Shown: piece by piece, positions 1-14,390 of the stretch | How positions within the stretch are numbered: position 1 is the first letter of the stretch | How the letters are laid out: the number at the start of each line of letters is the position of its first letter | Origin: Eledone cirrhosa | Lineage: Eukaryota | Reading direction: 5' to 3' | Assembly (NCBI GenBank): GCA_964016885.1 | Contig: OZ024741.1 | Location: 168,826,001-168,890,000 of the forward strand | DNA length: 64,000 nucleotides | The notes under the pieces: model-generated | The model's input: only the letters and a program-made list of their open reading frames with translations | The model's database searches: none | What the model was told of the DNA's origin: nothing | Made by a program: the position numbers and the translations under genes

Positions 1-649
1 TTTATCTAGGTATTGATAATATCTCTTTCCAAAACCTCGAAAGAAGTTGTGGAGATCCTCAAGATTCTCAAGAAAGGACTGAACTCAAATTGACTTTTGT
101 CTCTATCACAAAAGATGGTATAATAACATCAAGGACTGCCAGGCTTTCAACACATCTCACACCGTTGGTGTTGATTATCGTATTGTATCAACAAAAATCA
201 AACTGAGTGTCCGAAAGCAAAATTAAATGATGTACAATTAAAGATAATCCACCAATAACCAGAGATATTGACAATACAATTGTCTTTCACTTTGACAATC
301 TCCCTAAATCCCAACAGTCTTACCAGGTCTTCGTGGAAACCTGCAACAGCGTTGGAAAAGAAAAGCTTCCCCTGAAACCAACTTCTACACCTACTACTGT
401 CGATCACATTAAAGTTTCCAACACGTAAATCTGCTGTCAGATCAAACTTCAACAAACTAACTGCAGCTCAAATAAACTATCACCAAACATTTGACAGATG
501 CGAAAAAGAGAGAATTAATGACATTTTAAGTTATTTGAAACTATCCCCGCGTGTGAGCACCAACGAGCATGAAAACTTGTGCCTGAACTTTCTTGGAAAA
601 AGTCTAGTCACTTTCATCCAAGTTGAACACTTGGAAAGGGACCTGCCCT

Positions 650-1860
650 TGATGGACTTCCTATTGAGATCAAGAGGCTTTCGAGTGCCAGGAAATATCT
701 TCTGAATTTTTGCAGTAATACTCTGCAGGGGAAGAGACCTTCAGAATGGGGTATATCAGTCATCATTCCCTTTCCTAAGAAGTACAACGTGACTATACCT
801 GATAACCAAGGAATTTCTCTCCTAGGTTGCTGCAAAAATCTACAATCGTCTTTTATTGAATCGGTTGCGCCATGTCCTTAACTCTCTTCTCCGACCAAAT
901 CAAATTGGCTTCTGTCAGTACAGGTCAACAAATTCACAAATCTTTTCCTGCGAAGTTTGATTGAAGAGATTTGAAATTACAAGAAAGAAGCTGTCTTCAA
1001 AGACTTTCGTAAGGCATTTGATTTCATCGATAGGAATGTTATGTTTAGGATCTTAAGTGTCTATGGTCTTCCGGATTTCATTGTTGAAGCCATGAAACGC
1101 ATGTATGTTGGTACTTCATCTTCAGTACTTACTCCTCTGGCTCTCTTTCTCTTCATTGTTACTCTAGATTATGCTCTGCCATTACACTGTCAGATGGAGT
1201 TACCTTCAAGGGACGTCGGAGCTCACACTATCCACCAAGGCTGCTTGCAGAACTTGCATTTCCAGATGATATCTGCCTTCTTGAAGACAACTTGTCAGCA
1301 ACCCTGAATATACTCCGCCGCTTTGAGAGAGCTACTCAAGAACTTGGTGTGTTCTTGAGCGCATCGAAAACCTAAACACTTCCATCACTCCTTTGTTCCT
1401 TTGTCTTCACTTGATGGATCCAAAATCGAAAAGGTTGAGGAGTTCAATTACTCAGGTGGCTACACTAACACTTCTTTTCATGTCTCAGAGAGAATCTATC
1501 CACTCTCTTCGTAAAGTCTGGACAGCACCAATCAACCGCTCCACCAAAATCAGGGTATTCAAAGCCCCTGTGGAAACCAATCCTTCCGTCCTTTTGACTC
1601 AGAATCATGGACCCTGACATTTGCACTGACAAAGAAGCTGGATCGTAACTACAGCCGTCTCTTGCGTACAGCTCTTAACATTACTTCGTAGTCGCACACA
1701 GCTAACAAGATCTTATATTGCAGAAGGTTTCAAATATCATCTAGCTCTTGCTGCACATGCAATGTGACACAGTGAAGCTCCTGGGAGAGTTTGGTTATGG
1801 TCCTCCGATGTCACTTGTAGACGCACACGCCCAAACCTGAGCCTCATTGAGAGTGCTCTA
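650..1860 (+). mobile_element. Degenerate RTE-like non-LTR retrotransposon RT/3' remnant
   Basis: Frameshifted RT peptides LRPNQIGF, DFRKAFDFIDR, MFRILSVYGLPDFIVEAMKRMY, LLRTALNI; many stops. Confidence 0.7.
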
Positions 1861-2393
1861 AAACTAGACATAACATATGTGTTATATCTACATTTACAGC
1901 TCTTTCTCTAAAGGTTGTCACAAAAATAACAATAATGTGCATTCTTAAAAGATAAATAGAAACACTTGACGTACCTCATGCTACATTACATTAATCTAAA
2001 TTTGGTATATAGTGGGTATCTTGTATATTGAAAGGGCACCAAAAGGTTAGCTAAACTTACTCTAATTATCTCTTCCTAAAACACTTCTCTTTATTTTGTT
2101 ATGCAGTGTTATATGTAGTACGTCCATTTCAGAATACTACAAAGAGTGAATAGGTGATTGCGTCTACAGGCGCAGACGCAAGCGGGCAAAGTCGAAGGGC
2201 TTGTATCCTTACATAACAACAAAAATTCAATAAATAAGTTTTGACAGGTAAATAAATAAACTTACGAGAGCGAGAAAAAAGACGTCCGTTCAGACTCAAT
2301 AATAATAATAGTAATAATAATAAAGCTGAAGTAAAAGTCAAATAGTACGTATGTTTTTATTGGGAAAATTGGCAACATGGCCATCCTTTAAAA

Positions 2394-2728
2394 CAGAGGT
2401 ACTCAAAGTGGGTGCTATCACCCTCCGGGGGCGTTGAGAAGGACTGGCAGTGCTGGGGGTCTAAGGAGGTCGGTGGTAGTGGAGGTAGAGATGATATAAT
2501 AGTATATTAGATATCAAATGATACATATTATATATAAATATAGTAAAATAAAAAATATATAATATTTATTTCTACATATTATTTATTATATATAAATTGA
2601 CGGTTTTATTTATTATATATTATTTACAATTTGTGTGTAGGCAGGTCTCTCTGGAAATTGGGGTCGGGGCGCTGAGGGTATTACGTGACCGTGAGGGGGT
2701 GATGGTCTAGAAAGTTTGAGAACCTTAG
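2394..2728. mobile_element. hAT (Charlie/Buster-type) MITE
   Basis: Termini cagaggtactcaaa / tttgagaaccttag; imperfect 8-bp TSD ctttaaaa/ttctaaaa; AT-rich non-coding interior. Confidence 0.65.
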
Positions 2729-3169
2729 TTCTAAAATAACAATATTTTATAATATTTTTACTTAAACTCCGAAACAACGTATCACATTTTACTAACTAGA
2801 AGGAAAGCACTATTTCTTCCATGATTTATAGTATTTTTAGCAGTTGAATAGTTAATCGATATTTATATATTGGGTACTTTTATTTCCTTATTTATTTAAT
2901 TTTCGAAGCAAGCAAACTTACTAGCGTATTTACTACAAGGTAAAAAACTAAAACCTATAATTTCATTTTTTTACCTATTTATTTATTTATTTAAATTTTG
3001 AAACATAGAGGTAACTAATTTACTAGTAGTATATTTACTACGAGGTAAAGAGAAGAAAAAAAAAATCTTTCTTCATTTAAAATCGCTGGAAATATATGTA
3101 TGTGTGCGCATGCATAGATGAAATTATCTTCCTTCCATTTTTCTCTCTCTTTCTCTCTCACTCACTCGC

Positions 3170-3680
<511 letters not shown>

Positions 3681-4650
3681 AAAACGTTCAGTAAGACCGA
3701 AGAAAACTGGTGAGAGAACCAATGTCAGCTCTCGATGCAGAGCAGAGTGTATAAAATAAGAACAAAGTGGAGCTGTTACATAGATTTATTGCTCAACCCG
3801 GTTACAAATGTTTCCCAGGCAGCCGGCTCATGATCTGGTATGGCACCCCCAGACCAGACTCCAAGTGTTAACACAACAAAAATCCATAATATATATATAT
3901 ATTAACAGACCACAGCACTCCAACTGCTGACCACTTCCTGTTGCGCGCGCACCCCACATCTCTCCTCTTCCGACCACCGCTTCATGGATTACCCACACGC
4001 AGAATTTGACTTACAACCAATCCACTAAACATCCTTGGAACTTACCAACTTTTCAACCATCCTCTTACGTAATCACCTATATAACTCACCCACACACACA
4101 CACACCCCAAACATTTTTTTCTCCACACGCCACCCACACCCACAACACGCTTAAACCCCACACACACGTGCTTCCCACCACATATTTACACCCTCAGCCT
4201 CCTGATTCTTCTCCCCCCACCCCCCTATCCACACACGCACAGACACTCCGACCCACAAAAACACCCACCACACACACCTCTTCCTGAACATGCAACCCCG
4301 TTCTCCCCCCAACCCTTACTTTCACATACACACACACACACACACGCACACCTACACACACACACCACCTTCAGCCCTCCCCGCTCGGACACCCCGTCTC
4401 CCTCTCCCCACTCCACCCGCCACCACCCCTACTCACCCCACACCCTTCCACCACCTGTTTACCCCCCTTTTAATTTCAGTTTATTTTGATCATGCCTTTA
4501 TTTTTAAATTTTCTCATTCCTTGTATTTTGATCATGCTTTATTTTTATTTTTTATCTTCATTTGTTTTTTTTCATTCGCACCGTTTCCTTTCGCTATATG
4601 TCTCTCCACCACTCCCCTACACACCTTTTGAACTCTGTTCCCACACACTT

Positions 4651-4686
4651 CTCACCTGAGGAAGGGCTTATGCCCGAAACGTCGTC
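4651..4686 (+). ncRNA. Minimal type I hammerhead ribozyme motif in a PLE-like terminal repeat
   Basis: CTGAGGA-a-GGGC ttat GCCC-GAAAC-gtcgtc; AATAAA ~35 nt downstream, then (TA)n; stem I unclear. Confidence 0.7.
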
Positions 4687-4772
4687 CCCCACCTACCCCC
4701 ACTCTCGTGAGCGTGAAATTAATAAACATTTATTGTACTGCCTCTCTGTTTTGTCCCTGTTCAAATTTGTCC

Positions 4773-4829
<57 letters not shown>

Positions 4830-4958
4830 GCAGAGGTTTTTACAAAATGAAAAATAACCGAGGTGTCCTACACGAGTGAAAGTATAAAGAAAAAAAGATG
4901 AAATCGAAAATGCAACTAGAGTCTTATTTTTAAAAAAATATATATATTTATTTGGTTC

Positions 4959-4991
4959 CTTTACCGGTTTCGCATTTCTGCTTTTCAAAAG
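4959..4991 (-). ncRNA. HHR, U3-A8 core variant (inverted pLTR copy)
   Basis: Minus strand: ctt TTGAAAA GCA gaaa TGC GAAAC CGGT A aag. Confidence 0.65.
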
Positions 4992-5264
4992 TAGAGTTGA
5001 GATGGAGGGTCTATGGTTTTTCTCACACTTGGTTGGTCTTTGAATGTTACTTGTTTTATATGGAAAAAAGTGGCTCGAAACGCCAGGTTTTTAGAGAAGT
5101 AATTTGATTGGTTGGTCAATAAGTATAATAAATTTCGCGCCAGTTCGCGTTACAAAGTTCTTCAAACAAGGGGGCGGGGCTCAGGTTGTTTTTTCATATA
5201 TGAGTATTTGAATTTCTTTTTACTTAAAAAAAGGGGGGGGGGCTCACGAAGGCTTTTTTTATAT

Positions 5265-6939
5265 TTTGAATACAAAACCAGCAACCTTTACGGACTTCCG
5301 AAAATCCACAAATGTAAAATAATTAACGATGCCTGTAAACAATCCACCTCAGCCTGCGTGAACACACAATACCCCCACAGACCTTAAATTAAGACCAATT
5401 GTAGCGGGCCCACAATGTGAAACACACAGACTGAACAACTTTATAGACATACTACTAAAACTAATTCTCAAACACATACCAAGCCTTGTAAGAGACGATC
5501 TGGACCTCTTAAACCACCTCCCCAAACATGTCAACAACGACACTATTATTGTGTCTTTCGATGTAGTGAATCACTACACAACGATACCACACCAATACGG
5601 ACTAGAAGCAATAGGATTCTGGCTAGAGAAATATCCCAATGAGATAGCTGGCAGAATAAAAAAAAGCTTCATCACCGAGGGATTAAAATTTATCTTACAG
5701 AACAACTTTTTTGATTTCAATGGCAGTACTTACAAGCAAATATCGAGGACTGCGAAGGGTACAAAAGCCGCTCCAACTTATGCCAACTTAGTCATGGCAT
5801 ACTTAGAAGTCCAGATATATGAACAGTCCAAATCAAAATACGGATTGAACTTCCACAAATATTTATCAGAGAATTGGAAACGCTACTTGGATGATTGTCT
5901 CATTCTTTGATCCCACACACTCGACCAACTGAATGATTTCAAAAACTTAATAAACCGCATCAATAACCACATCCAATTCACAATGGAATACAGCCAAGAT
6001 CAACTCCCATTTCTGGACATCTTAATCTTAAAAAAAGACACAAATATTGAAACTGACATACACTACAAACCAACAGATTCCAAACAATACCTGCTATTCA
6101 CCTCCAACCATCCAAAGCACACGAAGACGAACATTCCTTTTAACCTAGCAAGAAGAATTTGCACAATTGTCTCCAATTATGAAACGCGAAATAAAAGACT
6201 TCAAGAATTAAAGGAAATTCTACTCAAAAGACAGTACCCACCATTACTAATAAATAATGGAATAGAAAGGGCTAAAGCAATAGGCATTGATGGGTTACGA
6301 AAACAGAAACAAATTCAAGGTACGTCCAATAATCTATCATATATCTCAACACACAACCCAAGAAATGCGGAAGCTTACAACACTATTCACAAGAACATCC
6401 CACTACTGAAACAAGACCCAAGAATGAAAAAAGCCCTTGAAACACATAAAATAATCAAAAGCAAAATACAACCGAAATCACTGAAAACATTACTCACCAA
6501 TGCCAAATTACCTACCACAAACCCACAACCAACTGTCAAAAAATGTCGTCGCTCTAATTGTGGAACCTGCACTCACCTCATTGAAGGCAACACGTATACA
6601 TTTAAATCAGGACAAAATTTTGCTGTAAAAAATCACTTCACTTGCTCATCAAAAAATTTAGTTTATGCCATTAAATGTAAAGGATGCAATGAAGATTATA
6701 TAGGGCAAACTAAACTCACACTCAGAAACAGAATGACAGTTCATCGCCAACAATTACGAGACCCAACCACGAGACAGATATCACTAAGCGCATATCTAGA
6801 CATATGCGCAAGTAATAAGACACCCAAATTCCAAGTCTTCCCATTTTACCTCTGCGCTGACAATACAACAGAACAAATACGAATAAATAAGGAAAATATG
6901 TTTATTCAAAAATATAGACCAGCATTAAATATGGTTTAA
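5265..6939 (+). pseudogene. PLE RT + GIY-YIG endonuclease ORF, interrupted
   Basis: ORFs 5551-5910 and 5983-6939; NLVYAIKCKGCNEDYIGQT...LRNRMTVHR...LN; stop at ~5908, frameshift near 5380. Confidence 0.9.
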
Positions 6940-7432
6940 TATACATTATGTCTACACCATAACATGCTAACCATCCAAACAAACACATACACACACATAA
7001 CACCTACTTTAGAAAATAAAAACCCGAAATAAATAAACCTTAACATACGTTTGCGCTGACAATACAACAGAACAAATACGAATAAGTAAGGAAAATATGT
7101 TCATTCAAAAATATTCCTACCAACGGAATCATTTTCCTACACACACACAGACACACACACACACAAAATATATATTCCCTTCATCTTAACATGCTAACCA
7201 TACTCCCACACACACATAACACCCATACACACACATACCCCCCTCCACACACACACACACACACAACTTCCTCCCCCATTTCTAGTAATAGAATCACTTT
7301 CCTACACACATACACACACACACACAATATATATATTCTCTCCATCTTAACATACTCCCACACACACACATAACACCCATATACACACACACACAACTCC
7401 CTCCCCCATTTCTACAAATAGAATCATTTTCC

Positions 7433-7524
<92 letters not shown>

Positions 7525-8186
7525 CACACAAATAAACATACATATCTCTACTTTCTTTATTTCAATAGAAAATCTGAATTCTGACACCCCAGCGAACCAG
7601 CCATATTCACTGAACCAGAACAATTCTCCCATCCCATTTCTCTTGACCATTATCTTTTGCTTGTCATAAAATTCTCTAAAAAGCTACAAAATAAATTCCC
7701 AAATACGGGCGCGAAATTTAATGAACTTGTTCACGGGACACTCATAATATCATTTATAACCAATCAAATTACATTTATTTTAAAAAAAAGCCTTCGTGAG
7801 CCACTTTTTTTAAAGTAAAAAGAAATTCAAACAAACTTACGCGAAAGCTGATATACTTATTCACGTGACTACATCAACCAACCTAACTTCACTCATATAT
7901 GAAAAAACAACCTGCTATATTCACTGAACCAGAACAATTCTCCCATCCCATTTCTCTTGAGCATTATCTTTTGTTTGTCATAAAATTCTCTAAAAGGCTA
8001 CAAAATAAATTCCCAAATACAGGCGCGAAATTTAATGAACATGTTCACGTGACAGCCATAATTTCATTTATAACCAATCAAATTACTTCTATAAAAACCT
8101 GGCGTTTCGAGCCACTTTTTTCCATATAAAACAAGTAACATTCAAAGACCAACCAGATGTGAGAAAAACCACAGACCCTCCATCTA

Positions 8187-8222
8187 CTTTTGAAAAGCAG
8201 AAGAACTGCGAAACCGGTAAAG
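8187..8222 (+). ncRNA. HHR, U3-A8 core variant in the 3' pLTR
   Basis: ctt TTGAAAA GCAG aagaa CTGC GAAAC CGGTA aag; palindromic ACCGGT stem III; AATAAA follows. Confidence 0.7.
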
Positions 8223-8299
8223 GAACCAAATAAATATATATATATTTTTTTAAATAAGACTCCAGTTGCATTTTCGATTTCATCTTTTTATATATATAT

Positions 8300-8384
<85 letters not shown>

Positions 8385-8385
8385 A

Positions 8386-8483
<98 letters not shown>

Positions 8484-8545
8484 CTCACTCTCCCCTTCTG
8501 ACTTTGCCTCACTTTTTCTCTTCCTCGTTTTCTCTACTCCCGCGT

Positions 8546-8593
<48 letters not shown>

Positions 8594-8689
8594 GTTCTCC
8601 AGTCCTCTCCCTTCTCTCACTATCTCCTTGTTCGTCACCCATTATTTCTCATAAGATAAGACATATTCACGCATGTATCCCAGCGAAAT

Positions 8690-8870
8690 GGACAATATCG
8701 GTAGAGCGTCAGACACCATGCATTGCAGCATAGAATTAATGTCCTTTACGTTCTGAGTTCAAATCCCGCCTAGGTTAGCTTTGCCTTTCATCCTTACAGG
8801 GTTGATATAATAAAACACCAGTAATGCACTGGGGTAATTACTGGCCTTGTGTTAAAAGCAGAAACAATTA
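8690..8870 (+). mobile_element. tRNA-derived SINE, family A (Meta-domain-like core)
   Basis: B-box-like gagttcaaatccc; core gcctttcatccttacagggttgat; tail ggccttgtg...gaaacaatta shared with other copies. Confidence 0.8.
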
Positions 8871-9842
8871 ATGATAGCAATAAGTATAAAACCAACGAAA
8901 TTGAAAAACGGTGAATTAAAGACAATACTAACAGTCTGGAATTCAGTTGATGGCTCCTCTGAAAAACTATGGCTTTTTAAAAAACTATGGCTTTTTAAAA
9001 AACAATGGCGCAAATAGAGAGAAAATAAAACTGAAATTATTTGCGTCTACACCTTCAGAAAGTAAAAGAAAAAGTAAAAACACTTATCACAAATTAACCA
9101 TAGCAAAAAAGATTGTTAGATAATTCACTTGGCTACATCAGATACAGAATGGTATATGAGTCCATTAAATACGTGTTTCCTTGTGGTTGTTTAGATCACA
9201 GGTTCTCAGCCCATTTGGGCCAAACGCCCTCTTTTGTCCCTCGAAATCACGAAACGCCCCCTACTATATTTTTCCATTTTTCAATATACTACTGATTTTG
9301 ATATCAGTAGATTACTAAAAAAATGTATTAACAATATTCAGGCAGTTGACAGTATAAATACATTCCTTGAAAGGAAATATATAAATTTCAAAAAAAGAAC
9401 ATAAATGTTTGTTTTTTATGATTAAGGACCAGTTGAATTTGTTATTTTCCCACCAGGCGAAACCAGCTATTTTGAACATTTATACAAGAGCAACTCTGTC
9501 TATCCCAAGTGTCTATCTGGAAGAAAGTGGCAATTATATCATTTCAAAGATTTCCAATTTTCCCTTTCATGAAACAGACAGAATAAATGTTGATATCTAA
9601 CTTGATGTCCCCTCTGCTTTGTGAGCTTAGAGACCATGGAAGAGGGTTTTCATGACCATATAAGAGGGTATATTTATTAGTAAATGGTAAAATATATACA
9701 ACAAATGAGTAAGTGAATTGTAGTAGATGGTTTCCAGTCCAGTCAGACTGCAACTACAAATAAAAAAATTGTTAGTTTGCTTTGTAACAATAGCATATCC
9801 AAGTTTTCGGATAAATCAACTTACTTTAACTTTGACCTCATT

Positions 9843-10900
9843 TCAATTGGACCCTTGAGTTTCATGGAGTCTAGCTAACTCTTTGACGTGAGGCTGAATT
9901 TTCGTAAGATGTAGCCAGAGATCTCCACATGTAATTACATTGTAGCGGTTGTGAGCCTTACTGTGCAGTCTGGAAACAGCACCAAACCTCCTCTTGACTA
10001 AGTATGAGCTTGGAATAGGCAGAGAAAATCTCTTAGCCTCTACATGTAGGAGTGGAAATCGACGCTGAATTGCCTCTTGTATCCAAAAAAGGGGTTCACC
10101 TATTTTGGGAAATCTAATTTTGATCATGTCATCTGCTTGAAGTTCAATGAATTCTTCCTGAAATTTAACGTCCAAATCGTCGATGTTAGCTATGAAGGGA
10201 TCTGCTATCCACATTGGGATGTACATCGGCAAAAGGTCGACAAACCGTTCTCTCATGTTGTCTTGTAGTGCACAGAGGTGAGTGGTATAAATTTGGAGTT
10301 GGTCATCGCTCACAATGTTTTGAACATTGGCGACACTAGGAAAATTATTGAATTCCCGTCAACAAAGATTCCTTTCGATGACATTCAATTTGGCCAGGAA
10401 TGTTTTCACAGCATTCCTTGTTTTAAGCAAAGTGATCTTCTTCCCATGCAAAGCCATAATGACGCTATTGCATTTGTCAAAGATGTCGGTGAGGTAGGCG
10501 CAGTTTTGCCTCACATCGAGGGTTTTCTTGTACAGTTCTGTGCTGCGTCCTCGCAGAAACTCAATGATAGAGTCGAACAGTTCAAAGAAGTGAGTAAGGC
10601 ACTTGCCCTTTGAAAGCCACCTCACTTCAGTATGAAGGAGCAACTTGACAAATTCTTCGTCATTATCTTGGCACAGTTGCCGGAAAATTCGTTCATTGAG
10701 GGAATGCCGTTTGATAAAATTGATGATATCGATGGCCACCTGCAAGGACTTGCTCAGTGGCTCGCTGAGTTTCTTCGCAGCCAAGTGTTGTCAATGAATG
10801 ACACAATGAACAGCAAAAACAGAAACATTTTTCTCTTCAGAAGAGTGACAAAACTCTTATGTTGGCCGACCATTGCTCTTGCGTCGTCCGTAGCACATGA
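9843..10900 (-). pseudogene. hAT transposase C-terminal remnant
   Basis: LLLHTEVRWLSKG, YLTDIF, WIADPF, PSSYL..RRFGAV; broken into ORFs 10359-10784 and 9843-10313. Confidence 0.88.
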
Positions 10901-10904
10901 TACA

Positions 10905-11265
10905 ATATGTGTTATATGTGGTCCTAGATGTATGTATTACCTGCCTGTGTGTTGTATGTAGTCCTAGATGTATGTATTACCTGCTTATGTATTGCATGTG
11001 GTCCCAGCTGTATGTATTACCTGCTTGTGTGTTGTATGTGGTCCTAGATGTGTGTATTATCTCTTTAAGTGTTGTATGTGGTCCTAGATGTTTGTATTAC
11101 CTGATTATGTGTTGCATGTGGTCCTAGATGTGTGTGTATTACCTGCTTATGTGTTGTATGTGGTCCTAGATGTGTGTATTACCTTCTTATGTGTTGTATG
11201 TGGTCCTAGATGCGCGTATTACCTGCTTATGTGTTGTATGTGGTCCTAGATGTGTGTGCCACCCG
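10905..11265 (+). repeat. ~43-bp minisatellite (~8 copies) inside the hAT element
   Basis: Unit gtggtcctagatgtgtgtattacctgcttatgtgttgtat. Confidence 0.9.
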
Positions 11266-11664
11266 CTTCTGTGTTTTTTCATTTCTTTTTTATTTGTAAT
11301 ATCATTTATACAATAGGGAATAAAGTAGATCTACATAGTGTTAACTCGTTACGGTTGAGTCAATAATTTATAAGATTCTAACTGGCTGCGCTCAAAGTGT
11401 CCTTTTCCATTTTTAGGATCTGAATTGCCGGTTAATGTCTAGACACGCCTGCACAGCTGCGGTCAGACCATAGTTATGCTGTCTGCATGCTCATTCAAAT
11501 GCATTCACACTGGCTGTCTCAGCGACATACAAATATGGCTTATAAAACTTACCAAAGTAAAGAGCCATCCAGTGCCCCCCAAAGCTCCAACGCCCCCTGG
11601 AGTTCCGAAACGCCCCCCGGGGGTGTATATGCCCCCCATTGAGAACCTTTGGTTTAGATAATGT

Positions 11665-11718
11665 ATACGCTTTCTGATGATGGCCCAACTAGGTCCTAAA
11701 ATCGATTAAAATGTGTAT
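11665..11718 (+). ncRNA. Degenerate type I HHR
   Basis: atacgcttt CTGATGA tGGCC caacta GGTCc TAAA(G12>T) atcgatta aaatgtgtat. Confidence 0.5.
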
Positions 11719-11929
11719 CCTTTTTTCAATTTACAGAGACATTCATATTTTCTGACATGTATACATGTCTGCATATTAAATATGCATATATTTATATATA
11801 CATTGGCGCAGTATCAGTCACCGACACTGTATATATACAGATATAAGTTTATAGTGAACTTCAGCTGCTAAGAAACTTTTCAATATATATCTTAATTATC
11901 TACAATGTGTGGTCTACCTAATCATTTGC

Positions 11930-12400
11930 ATTTGAATGTGCAGTCTATCCGGTTGTTTACAGTTCAGTGTTTGATCTATCTGGTCATTTACAGCGTGTAA
12001 TCAACCTGGCTTTTGGCAGTTCAGCATTCTGCAGTTTAAGTAGCTTTTAACAGTTCAGTGTGTTAATTACCTGACCATTTACAGTTCAACATGCGTACTA
12101 TCTGCTCATATAAAGCCATTACATCTGAGATGTAACGATGTTACCAACACTGCTATGATGATCCTGTCCATGTCAGCTGAGGTCTCATTAAAAAGATTAT
12201 GTCATTACACTGCTGAGGTATCAGTAGTTAGGTCAGATCATTACACAACTGAGGTTACAATAGACAGGAAAAACTGTTACACAGATGAAATCACAGTAGA
12301 CAGTTCAAGTGATTACACAACTGAAGTCACATTAGACAGAACAGCTCATTACTCAATATAGCCTACAGACACTGTGGTTGACTTCATACTAAAGCAGCAG
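11930..12400. repeat. Diverged ~36-bp minisatellite; two arrays apparently in opposite orientation
   Basis: cattacacaactgaggt.. units at 12120-12400; cagttcagtgt.. units at 11930-12110. Confidence 0.6.
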
Positions 12401-13949
12401 TTAAATCATTATAGCATTGTTGCTGTTTCTATCATGTCATGAGTGTTGAATATGGTGATTAATCACTCGAAACACTAAGTATCAACTCACAAAGACTCAA
12501 TTGAAAATAAATATTATCTTACTCTACTACGCTATCGAGTATCTTTTCACTGCATTGTAAAACCTTCCAGGGTTGACTCATATGAGTGTACGTATGTGTA
12601 TGCATGCACATGAATGTGGGAGGGGGCGTACATGCATATATTATTATGTGTGTGTGTGTATGCAGTCTTGTGTGCATTTGTTTGAGTGCTATATACGCAT
12701 GTGCGTACATGTGCATTTGTATGCACATATATATATGCGTGTGTGTCTGTGAGTGTGCATGCGTTTGTATATGTGCACATGTATGTGCGTGTATGTGTGT
12801 GTGTGACTATAGGTATGTGAATGAGCATGTGTGTGTATCGATGTATCTGTGCATATGTACAAATGTTATACACCATGTCTATATATCTCCACTGTCCAAG
12901 AACAGGTAGCTTTCAAGAAAATTCCTTGCATTCAAATGTTGATCATGTCAACTTCACCTTCGATTTTTTTCTATGATAGATAGCATATAATTTGCCAGTA
13001 ATGAAAAAAAAATTAAAATTTACAGTCACATCTGTGTAGGTTTAGCTGGTCTTCTAGAAATTTACATCTCATAGATTGCTTTTTGGCCGTTTTAAAAACA
13101 GGGCTTCCGGTGTTAACATAAAAAGCATCATGAAGTGAAGTATCTTGCTCAAATAATTGAGATCAAATATTTTTTTCTCTATTTTTAATTATCTATTATA
13201 TATTTCTACTTTATGTTATGTTTATATGTATAAACACATCTTTTGAATATTTTTTTCAATTTAGGCAAAATATTTTTACTTGTTCTGAAATATGTCATGA
13301 GTAAAAAATATATGGGGACTACTAGGTGCATGACCTACTAAACATTAGACCATGCGCGTTCACAAGCTATCAGTGATACATTTAATATCCTAAAACCTCT
13401 ATCTTCCCTACCTACAAAAAACTGCTGTGGTCTTGTACCAATAGAATGATAGGGGCCCCAGTCTTACCATGAAAACTAATGTCAAATGAAACGTTATGCA
13501 CAAGAACACAACATGGCGCCTGGTCCAGTTATCAAACCCATGACCTTATGATCATGAATCAAACACTGTAACCACAACGTCACACACCTTCACAGGTTAC
13601 CAGTCAAGTACTATGATACATTTAATCAACCATATCCTCTCTCCTTCCCAAATATTGTGGTCTTGTCCCAAAAGAAATCAAATATATTTTCACTAGTGGC
13701 CAATAGTAATATTTGCAATATCATCTCCAGCTGTTGCTCTCATATTTCATTAATAACATCAAATTTCCGTCTTCTTTCGTCTCTTTAGAAAATTCCATTT
13801 GTTAAAAAGAGTAAATATAGTCATATGTTAGAACTATTTTCTGAAGAAAAATAACTTCTTATTTCCTAACATTAATGACGATTTCTCTGTTAAACCATAG
13901 CAAACATTATGGTTTCTTCCCTATAGACTTAGCTGATAGTATGAAAACA

Positions 13950-14390
13950 TGTGGCTTAGAGGTTAGAGTGTTACGCTCATAACTGTAAGTTCATGCATTC
14001 ATTTCTCTGTGGCAGACCTGCCAATCTCTAAAATCCCAAACGGGGAGTACCATGATAAGAACTGCCACAAAACAGGGAGAAATGAGGCAAAATTTTTGGA
14101 GATTTTACATAAAGAAACCTATACCCGTTTTTATAAGAGAAGACATCTCTCACCCACCCCAAAACTGAGTGGGAGATCTCCCCGTGGGACGGGGAGAGTT
14201 GACAGGTCTGCAATGGTGCATTGTGTCTTTATTTTACATTGATCCAGTCCTCTCAGCTGAAAAACAAATGTATTGTATCTGTGATTCAAAGGACCAAACT
14301 TCTCCTACTGTGTTATACTAAAACTTACTTAACAATTATGTTAAGGGTCTATATGTCTGTCGGTGGAATGCTCAACCACTTCCACATTAC
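13950..14390 (+). mobile_element. Diverged tRNA-derived SINE, family B
   Basis: gtggcttagaggttagagtg head; body shared with 18400-18680, 20780-21200 and 29330-29500. Confidence 0.55.

Larger units (their letters stand above)
4880..8290 (+). mobile_element. 5'-truncated Penelope-like retroelement (Neptune-like) with inverted 5' pLTR copy, between (TA)n tracts
   Basis: RT motifs (YGLPKIHK, LRPIVAG, SFDVVNHYT, RYLDDC, LPFLDI); CxxxxCxxC linker; GIY-YIG; ~4890-5260 is largely the reverse complement of ~7790-8290; internal 314-bp duplication 7603/7917. Confidence 0.9.
9197..11651 (-). mobile_element. hAT Buster/Charlie (ZBED5/SCAND3-like) DNA transposon, internally deleted
   Basis: TIRs cacaggttctca / tgagaacctttg; exact 8-bp TSD GTTTAGAT at 9189-9196 and 11652-11659; transposase remnants. 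Confidence 0.9.

Noticed and set aside
3785-3840. Possible minus-strand HHR (atcatgag..gaaacatttgta, then AATAAA)
   Set aside because: Core lacks CUGA and stem I is poor; at most a decayed relic
8690-8870. tRNA gene calls at SINE heads
   Set aside because: Only A/B-box-like remnants; no cloverleaf; attached to SINE body and tail
10905-11265. CRISPR-like regular repeats (also 20120-20640)
   Set aside because: Contiguous tandem units without unique spacers; eukaryotic context; no cas genes
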